This document shows positions 28,101 through 39,649 of a stretch of 64,000 bases of DNA, in pieces. The notes beneath the pieces were generated by a model, which was not told where the DNA came from, made no database searches, and worked only from the letters and a program-made list of their open reading frames with translations. A program made the translations under genes and the position numbers. The stretch covers positions 1 through 64,000 of the forward strand of contig NC_092674.1 of NCBI RefSeq assembly GCF_964355755.1, read 5' to 3'. This DNA comes from Antedon mediterranea. Its lineage: Eukaryota > Animalia > Echinodermata. How positions within the stretch are numbered: position 1 is the stretch's first letter; each line of letters begins with the position of its first letter.

Positions 28101-31100
28101 CCAGTAGTATAAACTGTAGTGTTATACTCATTACTTACCGTTCCATCTTTTGGAATAGTGCAATAGAAATGCAGTATTAACCAGTAGTATAAACTGTAGT
28201 GTTATAATCATTACTTACCGTTCCATCTTCTGGAATAGTGCAATAGAAATGCAGTATTAACCAGTAGTATAAACTGTAGTGTTATAATCATTACTTACCG
28301 TTCCATCTTTTGGAATAGTGCAATAGAAATGCAGTATTAACCAGTAGTATAAACTGTAGTGTTATACTCATTACTTACCGTTCCATCTTTTGGAATAGTG
28401 CAATAGAAATGCAGTATTAACCAGTAGTATAAACTGTAGTGTTATAATCATTACTTACCGTTCCATCTTCTGGAATAGTGCAATAGAAATGCAGTATTAA
28501 CCAGTAGTATAAACTGTAGTGTTATACTCATTACTTACCGTTCCATCTTCTGGAATAGTGCAATAGAAATGCAGTATTAACCAGTAGTATAAACTGTAGT
28601 GTTATACTCATTACTTACCGTTCCATCTTCTGGAATAGTGCAATAGAAATGCAGTATTAACCAGTAGTATAAACTGTAGTGTTATACTCATTACTTACCG
28701 TTCCATCTTCTGGAATAGTGCAATAGAAATGCAGTATTAACCAGTAGTATAAACTGTAGTGTTATACTCATTACTTACCGTTCCATCTTCTGGAATAGTG
28801 CAATAGAAATGCAGTATTAACCAGTAGTATAAACTGTAGTGTTATACTCATTACTTACCGTTCCATCTTTTGGAATAGTGCAATAGAAATGCAGTATTAA
28901 CCAGTAGTATAAACTGTAGTGTTATAATCATTACTTACCGTTCCATCTTCTGGAATAGTGCAATAGAAATGCAGTATTAACCAGTAGTATAAACTGTAGT
29001 GTTATACTCATTACTTACCGTTCCATCTTTTGGAATAGTGCAATAGAAATGCAGTATTAACCAGTAGTATAAACTGTAGTGTTATAATCATTACTTACCG
29101 TTCCATCTTCTGGAATAGTGCAATAGAAATGCAGTATTAACCAGTAGTATAAACTGTAGTGTTATACTCATTACTTACCGTTCCATCTTCTGGAATAGTG
29201 CAATAGAAATGCAGTATTAACCAGTAGTATAAACTGTAGTGTTATACTCATTACTTACCGTTCCATCTTTTGGAATAGTGCAATAGAAATGCAGTATTAA
29301 CCAGTAGTATAAACTGTAGTGTTATAATCATTACTTACCGTTCCATCTTCTGGAATAGTGCAATAGAAATGCAGTATTAACCAGTAGTATAAACTGTAGT
29401 GTTATAATCATTACTTACCGTTCCATCTTTTGGAATAGTGCAATAGAAATGCAGTATTAACCAGTAGTATAAACTGTAGTGTTATACTCATTACTTACCG
29501 TTCCATCTTTTGGAATAGTGCAATAGAAATGCAGTATTAACCAGTAGTATAAACTGTAGTGTTATAATCATTACTTACCGTTCCATCTTCTGGAATAGTG
29601 CAATAGAAATGCAGTATTAACCAGTAGTATAAACTGTAGTGTTATACTCATTACTTACCGTTCCATCTTCTGGAATAGTGCAATAGAAATGCAGTATTAA
29701 CCAGTAGTATAAACTGTAGTGTTATACTCATTACTTACCGTTCCATCTTCTGGAATAGTGCAATAGAAATGCAGTATTAACCAGTAGTATAAACTGTAGT
29801 GTTATACTCATTACTTACCGTTCCATCTTCTGGAATAGTGCAATAGAAATGCAGTATTAACCAGTAGTATAAACTGTAGTGTTATACTCATTACTTACCG
29901 TTCCATCTTCTGGAATAGTGCAATAGAAATGCAGTATTAACCAGTAGTATAAACTGTAGTGTTATAATCATTACTTACCGTTCCATCTTTTGGAATAGTG
30001 CAATAGAAATGCAGTATTAACCAGTAGTATAAACTGTAGTGTTATAATCATTACTTACCGTTCCATCTTTTGGAATAGTGCAATAGAAATGCAGTATTAA
30101 CCAGTAGTATAAACTGTAGTGTTATACTCATTACTTACCGTTCCATCTTTTGGAATAGTGCAATAGAAATGCAGTATTAACCAGTAGTATAAACTGTAGT
30201 GTTATAATCATTACTTACCGTTCCATCTTCTGGAATAGTGCAATAGAAATGCAGTATTAACCAGTAGTATAAACTGTAGTGTTACAATCATTACTTACCG
30301 TTCCATCTTTTGGAATAGTGCAATAGAAATGCAGTATTAACCAGTAGTATAAACTGTAGTGTTATAATCATTACTTACCGTTCCATCTTCTGGAATAGTG
30401 CAATAGAAATGCAGTATTTAACCAGTAGTATAAACTGTAGTGTTATAATCATTACTTACCGTTCCATCTTCTGGAATAGTGCAATAGAAATGCAGTATTA
30501 ACCAGTAGTATAAACTGTAGTGTTATAATCATTACTTACCGTTCCATCTTCTGGAATAGTGCAATAGAAATGCAGTATTTAACCAGTAGTATAAACTGTA
30601 GTGTTATAATCATTACTTACCGTTCCATCTTCTGGAATAGTGCAATAGAAATGCAGTATTAACCAGTAGTATAAACTGTAGTGTTATAATCATTACTTAC
30701 CGTTCCATCTTTTGGAATAGTGCAATAGAAATGCAGTATTAACCAGTAGTATAAACTGTAGTGTTATACTCATTACTTACCGTTCCATCTTTTGGAATAG
30801 TGCAATAGAAATGCAGTATTAACCAGTAGTATAAACTGTAGTGTTATAATCATTACTTACCGTTCCATCTTCTGGAATAGTGCAATAGAAATGCAGTATT
30901 AACCAGTAGTATAAACTGTAGTGTTATACTCATTACTTACCGTTCCATCTTCTGGAATAGTGCAATAGAAATGCAGTATTAACCAGTAGTATAAACTGTA
31001 GTGTTATACTCATTACTTACCGTTCCATCTTCTGGAATAGTGCAATAGAAATGCAGTATTAACCAGTAGTATAAACTGTAGTGTTATACTCATTACTTAC

Positions 31101-34100
31101 CGTTCCATCTTCTGGAATAGTGCAATAGAAATGCAGTATTAACCAGTAGTATAAACTGTAGTGCTATACTCATTACTTACCGTTCCATCTTCTGGAATAG
31201 TGCAATAGAAATGCAGTATTAACCAGTAGTATAAACTGTAGTGTTATAATCATTACTTACCGTTCCATCTTTTGGAATAGTGCAATAGAAATGCAGTATT
31301 AACCAGTAGTATAAACTGTAGTGTTATAATCATTACTTACCGTTCCATCTTTTGGAATAGTGCAATAGAAATGCAGTATTAACCAGTAGTATAAACTGTA
31401 GTGTTATACTCATTACTTACCGTTCCATCTTTTGGAATAGTGCAATAGAAATGCAGTATTAACCAGTAGTATAAACTGTAGTGTTATAATCATTACTTAC
31501 CGTTCCATCTTCTGGAATAGTGCAATAGAAATGCAGTATTAACCAGTAGTATAAACTGTAGTGTTACAATCATTACTTACCGTTCCATCTTTTGGAATAG
31601 TGCAATAGAAATGCAGTATTAACCAGTAGTATAAACTGTAGTGTTATAATCATTACTTACCGTTCCATCTTCTGGAATAGTGCAATAGAAATGCAGTATT
31701 TAACCAGTAGTATAAACTGTAGTGTTATAATCATTACTTACCGTTCCATCTTCTGGAATAGTGCAATAGAAATGCAGTATTAACCAGTAGTATAAACTGT
31801 AGTGTTATAATCATTACTTACCGTTCCATCTTCTGGAATAGTGCAATAGAAATGCAGTATTTAACCAGTAGTATAAACTGTAGTGTTATAATCATTACTT
31901 ACCGTTCCATCTTCTGGAATAGTGCAATAGAAATGCAGTATTAACCAGTAGTATAAACTGTAGTGTTATAATCATTACTTACCGTTCCATCTTCTGGAAT
32001 AGTGCAATAGAAATGCAGTATTAACCAGTAGTATAAACTGTAGTGTTATAATCATTACTTACCGTTCCATCTTCTGGAATAGTGCAATAGAAATGCAGTA
32101 TTTAACCAGTAGTATAAACTGTAGTGTTATAATCATTACTTACCGTTCCATCTTCTGGAATAGTGCAATAGAAATGCAGTATTTAACCAGTAGTATAAAC
32201 TGTAGTGTTATAATCATTACTTACCGTTCCATCTTTTGGAATAGTGCAATAGAAATGCAGTATTAACCAGTAGTATAAACTGTAGTGTTATACTCATTAC
32301 TTACCGTTCCATCTTTTGGAATAGTGCAATAGAAATGCAGTATTAACCAGTAGTATAAACTGTAGTGTTATAATCATTACTTACCGTTCCATCTTCTGGA
32401 ATAGTGCAATAGAAATGCAGTATTTAACCAGTAGTATAAACTGTAGTGTTATAATCATTACTTACCGTTCCATCTTTTGGAATAGTGCAATAGAAATGCA
32501 GTATTAACCAGTAGTATAAACTGTAGTGTTATACTCATTACTTACCGTTCCATCTTTTGGAATAGTGCAATAGAAATGCAGTATTAACCAGTAGTATAAA
32601 CTGTAGTGTTATAATCATTACTTACCGTTCCATCTTCTGGAATAGTGCAATAGAAATGCAGTATTTAACCAGTAGTATAAACTGTAGTGTTATAATCATT
32701 ACTTACCGTTCCATCTTTTGGAATAGTGCAATAGAAATGCAGTATTAACCAGTAGTATAAACTGTAGTGTTATACTCATTACTTACCGTTCCATCTTTTG
32801 GAATAGTGCAATAGAAATGCAGTATTAACCAGTAGTATAAACTGTAGTGTTATACTCATTACTTACCGTTCCATCTTTTGGAATAGTGCAATAGAAATGC
32901 AGTATTAACCAGTAGTATAAACTGTAGTGTTATACTCATTACTTACCGTTCCATCTTCTGGAATAGTGCAATAGAAATGCAGTATTTAACCAGTAGTATA
33001 AACTGTAGTGTTATACTCATTACTTACCGTTCCATCTTTTGGAATAGTGCAATAGAAATGCAGTATTAACCAGTAGTATAAACTGTAGTGTTATAATCAT
33101 TACTTACCGTTCCATCTTCTGGAATAGTGCAATAGAAATGCAGTATTAACCAGTAGTATAAACTGTAGTGTTATAATCATTACTTACCGTTCCATCTTCT
33201 GGAATAGTGCAATAGAAATGCAGTATTTAACCAGTAGTATAAACTGTAGTGTTATACTCATTACTTACCATTCCATCTTCTGGAATAGTGCAATAGAAAT
33301 GCAGTATTAACCAGTAGTATAAACTGTAGTGTTATAATCATTACTTACCGTTCCATCTTCTGGAATAGTGCAATAGAAATGCAGTATTAACCAGTAGTAT
33401 AAACTGTAGTGTTATAATCATTACTTACCGTTCCATCTTCTGGAATAGTGCAATAGAAATGCAGTATTAACCAGTAGTATAAACTGTAGTGTTACAATCA
33501 TTACTTACCGTTCCATCTTTTGGAATAGTGCAATAGAAATGCAGTATTAACCAGTAGTATAAACTGTAGTGTTACAATCATTACTTACCGTTCCATCTTC
33601 TGGAATAGTGCAATAGAAATGCAGTATTAACCAGTAGTATAAACTGTAGTGTTATAATCATTACTTACCGTTCCATCTTCTGGAATAGTGCAATAGAAAT
33701 GCAGTATTAACCAGTAGTATAAACTGTAGTGTTATACTCATTACTTACCATTCCATCTTCTGGAATAGTGCAATAGAAATGCAGTATTAACCAGTAGTAT
33801 AAACTGTAGTGTTATAATCATTACTTACCATTCCATCTTCTGGAATAGTGCAATAGAAATGCAGTATTAACCAGTAGTATAAACTTGGAATAGTGCAATA
33901 GAAATGCAGTATTAACCAGTAGTATAAACTGTAGTGTTATAATCATTACTTACCGTTCCATCTTCTGGAATAGTGCAATAGAAATGCAGTATTAACCAGT
34001 AGTATAAACTGTAGTGTTACAATCATTACTTACCGTTCCATCTTTTGGAATAGTGCAATAGAAATGCAGTATTAACCAGTAGTATAAACTGTAGTGTTAC

Positions 34101-36493
34101 AATCATTACTTACCGTTCCATCTTCTGGAATAGTGCAATAGAAATGCAGTATTAACCAGTAGTATAAACTGTAGTGTTATAATCATTACTTACCGTTCCA
34201 TCTTCTGGAATAGTGCAATAGAAATGCAGTATTAACCAGTAGTATAAACTGTAGTGTTACAATCATTACTTACCGTTCCATCTTTTGGAATAGTGCAATA
34301 GAAATGCAGTATTAACCAGTAGTATAAACTGTAGTGTTATAATCATTACTTACCGTTCCATCTTCTGGAATAGTGCAATAGAAATGCAGTATTAACCAGT
34401 AGTATAAACTGTAGTGTTATAATCATTACTTACCGTTCCATCTTCTGGAATAGTGCAATAGAAATGCAGTATTAACCAGTAGTATAAACTGTAGTGTTAT
34501 AATCATTACTTACCGTTCCATCTTCTGGAATAGTGCAATAGAAATGCAGTATTTCTGTTCAGCTTTCAAGAGATGCTCTACCACAATACGACTTATCATA
34601 TGCTCAGCTTTTAACTTGTTCATCTTGATGAAAAACATTACTATGCTGAAAGTGTACATAATTTCAGCTTGTAAATTTCCAGTGTTACATGTAGCAACAA
34701 TCTGTTGACATACACTGAAGGACTCCCTAGGATTCACGTTAGGGTTATTCGCTATTTCAATTCCGATTTTTTGGAATATTACATTCAATCAAAATTAATG
34801 CAAATTTTATTACTCTCTTAATTAATAAAAATGTAGAATTTAGAATGCATTAAAACAATGTCATGATGATTAAATTCTAAATTAGACTACCTACTTCATA
34901 TGTGATGCTTGCAATATTTGTGTAATTGACAGTGAAGGTCCTTGGATTCCTTGCTCCTCTGTATTCAATTTTTTCCTAAAAATAATAATAATATTATACA
35001 GTTTATTCATCCAAAGTGCAGTCCAAAATTATCATAATAGAAACAACAATGCTAATTAAAGCCATTTTACGATTCCAAAACCAATATGCTGACCACCATA
35101 AAACATAGTTTGGAATAAATAAAACAATATTGCACTAATGCAATAGCAAGTGAGTCACGATACATTTTAGGATTGTAAAGTAGAAAATTCTGCATATCTC
35201 TTGGATACAATAAGAATATAACATCTGGCATAATGTGTACACTTTATTATAGTTACTTTGGGTAATTATTGACCCCATATACATTCAGCTGGCCCATCCT
35301 AGATATTATCTATTGAATATAATATGTAAATGATTGACCCCATATACATTCAGCTGGCCCATCCTACAGTAGATATTATCTATTGAATATAATATGTAAA
35401 TGATTGACCCCATATACATTCAGCTGGCCCATCCTAGATATTATCTATTGAATATAATATGTAAATGATTGACCCCATATACATTCAGCTGGCCCATCCT
35501 ATATATGTATTATTGACCCCATATACATTCAGCTGGCCCATCCTAGATATTATCTATTGAATATAATATGTAAATGATTGACCCCATATACATTCAGCTG
35601 GCCCATCCTAGATATGTATTATTGACCATATATACATTCAGCTGGCCCATCCTAGATATTATCTATTGAATATAATATGTAAATGATTGACCCCATATAC
35701 ATTCAGCTGGCCCATCCTAGATATTATCTATTGAATATAATATGTAAATGATTGACCCCATATACATTCAGCTGGCCCATCCTAGATATTATCTATTGAA
35801 TATAATATGTAAATGATTGACCCCATATACATTCAGTTGGCCCATCCTAGATATGTATTATTGACCCCATATACATTCAGCTGGCCCATCCTAGATATTA
35901 TCTATTGAATATAATATGTAAATGATAATAATAAGTTGTATGATGACAACAAAGCATGATCATTACACTATAAGAAAGAAAGCAAACTAACCAATCTTCA
36001 ATCATAGTGACATAAACTGCACAAGAAATCCAAGAAGTTGGATCAACCTACAAACAAAAAAGGTATATAGATTAAAAGTAATCACAAAATCTCCATTACA
36101 GCTAACTAACAGATAGAATGATCGTACTCTCTCATAGCCACAATTCATCAAAGCATTTATAATTTCCTGTTGCTCCAAAAGGTGTCTGGATAATAATGGC
36201 ATAACCTACAACAGGAAATCATAATTTAGAAAATGTTGTCATTTGTTTTATGTTCTCATTGATTTGTTGTATAATTGGGTGTATTTTAAAGTATTTTTAA
36301 CTAGTCCTTTAAAATGAACAAATAAATTAAATACACAATTCTATTATTGATGCATGTAAACAAGTTGACTTACTTTAAATTCCACACAAGAACTATCCAT
36401 CCAATCTCTCCAAATAAGCTGAGCATTGCGAGTTAATGATACTGACATTTCTAGTTGATTACATATCCTAATAAACTCGTCTTCAGACTGCAT
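16165..36493 (-). CDS. RB1: Retinoblastoma protein RB1 orthologue, multi-exon, ~884 aa
   Basis: Phase-consistent GT-AG exons: 36374-36493 ([15 protein letters not shown]), 35992-36047, 34895-34975, 34514-34645 ([14 protein letters not shown]), 27470-27594 ([10 protein letters not shown]), 27147-27257 ([14 protein letters not shown]), 26865-27043, 26603-26772, 25711-25798 (RAINTIQGL), 25194-25367 ([18 protein letters not shown]), 24577-24691 ([13 protein letters not shown]), 24212-24363 ([15 protein letters not shown]), 23906-24019, 23689-23747, 23037-23244, 22862-22939 (IWTCF..DRHLDQ), 19542-19646 ([12 protein letters not shown]), 19341-19460 ([11 protein letters not shown]), 18333-18400, 18020-18152 (MTPRSMLLY), 16890-17014 (KQLKF), 16422-16519, 16165-16208 (stop). 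RbN, pocket A, pocket B and RbC motifs look closer to RB1 than to p107/p130. Confidence 0.93.
16988..17935 (-). repeat. 56-bp tandem array (~17 copies) containing an RB1 splice acceptor and exon start
   Basis: Minus-strand unit ...TTAATTGTATTTATGTATAG|GGTACAGAGAAACTAAGACATATAAAT; the terminal copy is the real acceptor at 17014. Confidence 0.92.
18899..19281. repeat. 79-bp tandem array (5 copies) with TTAGGGTTAGGGTT at unit junctions
   Basis: ATCTTTCATAC recurs at 18901, 18980, 19059, 19138 and 19217; the telomeric motif lies between units but not in the outer flanks. Confidence 0.95.
19830..21593 (-). mobile_element. 5'-truncated, frameshifted L2/CR1-like LINE in an RB1 intron
   Basis: ORFs 21138..21545 ([25 protein letters not shown]) and 20299..20799 ([13 protein letters not shown]-terminal region); 3' boundary approximate. 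Confidence 0.88.
21594..22905 (-). repeat. 89-bp tandem array (15 copies) containing an RB1 exon end and splice donor
   Basis: Minus-strand unit CATTCACAAACCATTGTTACTC(A/T)AGGATAGACATTTAGA(T/C)CAG|GTATGTTTTAATGG...; the first copy is the real DRHLDQ exon end at 22862. Confidence 0.94.
24741..24961. repeat. 36-bp intronic minisatellite (6 copies)
   Basis: ATACAACAATCATGGTAATTACGTCTCAATATTTAT repeated; explains spurious ORF 24738..24989. Confidence 0.92.
25772..26285 (-). repeat. 73-bp tandem array (7 copies) containing an RB1 splice acceptor and exon start
   Basis: Minus-strand unit ...AATGTTTTCCTTCCGTTTTCCATAG|GAGAGCTATCAATACTATCCAAGGATT; the terminal copy is the real acceptor at 25798. Confidence 0.94.
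27699..34552 (-). repeat. 80-bp tandem array (~85 copies, 6.85 kb) containing an RB1 exon end and splice donor
   Basis: Minus-strand unit AATACTGCATTTCTATTGCACTATTCCA(G/A)AAGATGGAACG|GTAAGTAATGA...; the first copy is the real exon end at 34514. Confidence 0.96.
35267..35925. repeat. Intronic minisatellite with ~65-bp and ~44-bp unit variants
   Basis: ATTGACCCCATATACATTCAGCTGGCCCATCCTA core repeated about 11 times with two spacer types. Confidence 0.9.
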
Positions 36494-36745
36494 TTTTCTA
36501 AATGTCCCCTTTCTACTAAAGTAAAAGAAAGGTAAAGAAACAACAAATATTGATTATCATTATACAATGTTTGTGCATGTCTGACTACTGGGCCTATAGC
36601 TAGGTAAGGCCTTGCCTCCAAATTATTATTTATTTTATTAATTTCGGCAAACACATTTATACAAACATAACAATACAAACAAAAATAGCTGGGCCTAGTA
36701 AACTGCGGCAAAAAGGATAGGGCCTAGCCTAGGCCTAGCCTATAG

Positions 36746-38853
36746 GGATTACGGTCGAAGCGGCCGCCAACCAAAGCGGCCGCTAGTTCAATAACGGTGA
36801 TTTGTATGGAACGCCGTGTGTGCTTCGAGTGTTATTGTTTTGTTACAACAACTCCATTGGCCCATGTGCTTTAATATTTGATTGTCGTTGGTTCGACAGG
36901 TTTTCTTTGATCGTAAATAACAATCTAAATGCATTATTATGTAATTTATTCTCTTTTTTACAGATTGTGATAAGTTCATTTAAAAGAAATGGCCGATCAG
37001 CGATATCACTTGTTTTTCAACTGTTGTAAATTTTACTCGAAATTAGCCAATGATATATATAATAAAAAAATATATATATATATATTTGTTATTGTATACT
37101 AATTAATTAGAAAATTAACTACTGTACTACCAAGAAACCAAAGTGTTCGCAGGTCTCATAATTAACTTTCAATTTATTCACAATAACATGAGCAATTTAT
37201 TTATATCATACATTATATTTTTATATTGAATTGTTTAATTAACATTAAAATCATACATTATATTTATTTATATATTAAATTATTTAATTAACATATTAAA
37301 ATCATACATCATACATGATATTTATACATTAAATTATTAAATTAATATTAAAATCATACATGATATTTATATATTAAATTAACATTAAAATCGTACATTT
37401 ATATTTATATATTAAATTATTAAATTAAAACAAAAAAAATTAAACATTTTAGGTAATAAGTTTAATTAACTAATAACAACATAATTTGTTATTAACATAT
37501 ACAATTTTAACTAATTAATTACGGCTAATAACGCGACTGGCGGCCAGCAATAATGCCCTAGCGGTTCGTGTTCCTCTTGAGTATTCGTCCCACAGCAGGT
37601 TCAGGCGGACCGTTGCGCGTGCAGCATGGCGTGATTGATTGCGTAGGTTATCCTCCCTGCCGACCAACTCTGCATGAATCGCAACTGTCTGGCCTTCATC
37701 CAATAGCAGCTTACAAAGTAAGTAGAAGTGTAGATTAGCTGCAGATAACAAAAAAACATTTAAAAATTACATAAGATGATCAATAAAAAAAATGCAGGTG
37801 GGTTGGTGAAAGACAAAATTAAACTGTTGACAAAATGAATGTTTGAAGTTATTCTTACATTTCTTTGCTCTTTGGTTAAGGCGTTGGTGATACCCTTCCA
37901 CGTCATTATTTGTCCTTATTTGCTGGCGGAACATCATTTGCCACCGATCACAGGTATCGCATAACAGACCTTCTTCATTCTCTCTTACAGGTTGCTGACA
38001 GTCTATACATTCGAACATTTTGATAACAGTTTTGGAAGTAATGTGGATAAATAAAAATTTCTGACTTTATATGGACATATGAACTCGCGTGCGTGGTTTT
38101 TGCGCAATAATAGACCGGTACACAAAGACCATTGAAGACGAATGTGTTACCGCACAGTGATAAAGCGCGCAACATCAAACACAACTTTGAGACAATACAT
38201 GCAACTTTACACAATGTTTCTGTTGTAATTCGCGTTGCTTTATTGAAAACACAAACAGTCCAACACATCGTATTCATTTTTTATTTGAAAACTTTACTTA
38301 ATAAATAAATCCACAAAACAATGACATGAACGCTTTACATAGTATTACTTATAAAACAACCACGCCAGGATAGAAATGTAATGATCAATGAAATACATTT
38401 GCCACGCAAATGTAAGTTAATACTGTACAAATACTATAGATTATAATGAAATATTAAGATTCGATGTAAATTAAAATATAACATTCGACTCGCATGTAAA
38501 GTAATGATACAATTTACATTGATTTACTGTAAGTTAACACTGTACAAATACTATAGATTTCATGTAAATTAATAAGGAAATGTACATTGATTTAATGCAA
38601 TAAATAAATAATATAATAGAACACATTCTACTAGTACTACTATATATATAAATACTGTAGATTATATAATATGTAAATATATATATGTAAATTAGCGAAC
38701 GTAAGTATTATTAATATACCTTTCTGTAACTCAATGCCATAGGCCATGACGTTGACAACTACAATCCAAGCTTAAAGCACGCATGGCGTTCCATACAAAT
38801 AACGATATTACACTGGCGGCCGCTTTGGTTGGCGGCCGCTTCGACCATACTCC
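36746..38853 (-). mobile_element. Non-autonomous Mutator-like (MULE) DNA transposon with PHD-finger and transposase remnants, in RB1 intron 1
   Basis: TIRs of about 85 bp or more (GGA(T/G)TA(C/T)GGTCGAAGCGGCCGCCAACCAAAGCGGCCGC...) and 8-bp TSD GCCTATAG (36738-36745 / 38854-38861). ORF 37767..38018 joins CIDC..LLCDTCDRWQ (half PHD) to RTNNDVEGYHQRLN (MULE transposase C-terminal motif). Confidence 0.85.
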
Positions 38854-39361
38854 GCCTATAGGCCCCTAAACTAAGAATACAGGCGTTAGCCAGGGGCCGG
38901 GCCTATCTACCTTGTACTAGCTGGCCTACTTACTAGCCTCCCTAGGACCCTAGCGTACTTAATAGGCCTACCTAGCTAGCTAGAGAGCTGGCCTAGCTAG
39001 GTAGGCCTTATTATAGAGTACAGAGAGACAGAGTAGTGGTAGGCAGGCCTACTCTACTCTAGGTAGGGCTAGCCTAGTCTCGCTATCGCCTAATACGCCT
39101 AAAAATTAGGGCCAGGACCCATCTAGCCTAGGGCCTACTACTAAGGCCTACCTAGGCTAGGCGCTAGTACTAGCCTAGGCCTAGTAGTACTACTACTAGG
39201 CCTAGCCTAGGCTAGTAGTAGGCTTAGGCTAGCTGCCAGCACTGACTGAGTTGGGCCATTAGCAGCGCCTAGATATGCCCTCTTTAGGCTATCGACAGAG
39301 TTAATATTATTCTTTACTCCATGGTTAATTATTACAAACATATATAGTACAATATAAATAC

Positions 39362-39600
39362 CTACTTGTACAACTAAACCACCTATAAATTAACTCGGAA
39401 CAACCGTGAATTCTCTGCTCCGCAGACAAGCATCGGCCTTCCCCTTTTTATAATGGACAGAAAATCCCCGCGAAATCAACACTAAATACAGCAATCTCAT
39501 TGGCTAATAATAAAAGAAGGAAGACCAAACCAACCAATTTGATGATGATGCGTGGATATGGCAGCAGTGGCCTCTTTTCTCCGGCGGCCGCGGCGCGCGG
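39362..39600 (-). promoter_or_regulatory. Putative RB1 promoter and non-coding first exon
   Basis: In minus-strand order: GC-rich block (39581-39600), CCAAT boxes (39534-39538, 39499-39503), E2F site TTTCGCGG (39468-39475), TATAAAA (39446-39452), candidate donor near 39362-39366. Confidence 0.6.
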
Positions 39601-39649
39601 ATAAAAAAAAAACCAACACTCTACACAACAGCTAATTTCAACATAATTA

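Noticed and set aside
27699-34552. Long regular array superficially like a CRISPR array
   Set aside because: Units are head-to-tail with no unique spacers, the context is a eukaryotic intron, and there are no cas genes.
39384-39433. ATG at 39433 as the RB1 start codon
   Set aside because: The frame closes with TAG after 16 codons; RB1 homology starts at the ATG at 36493.
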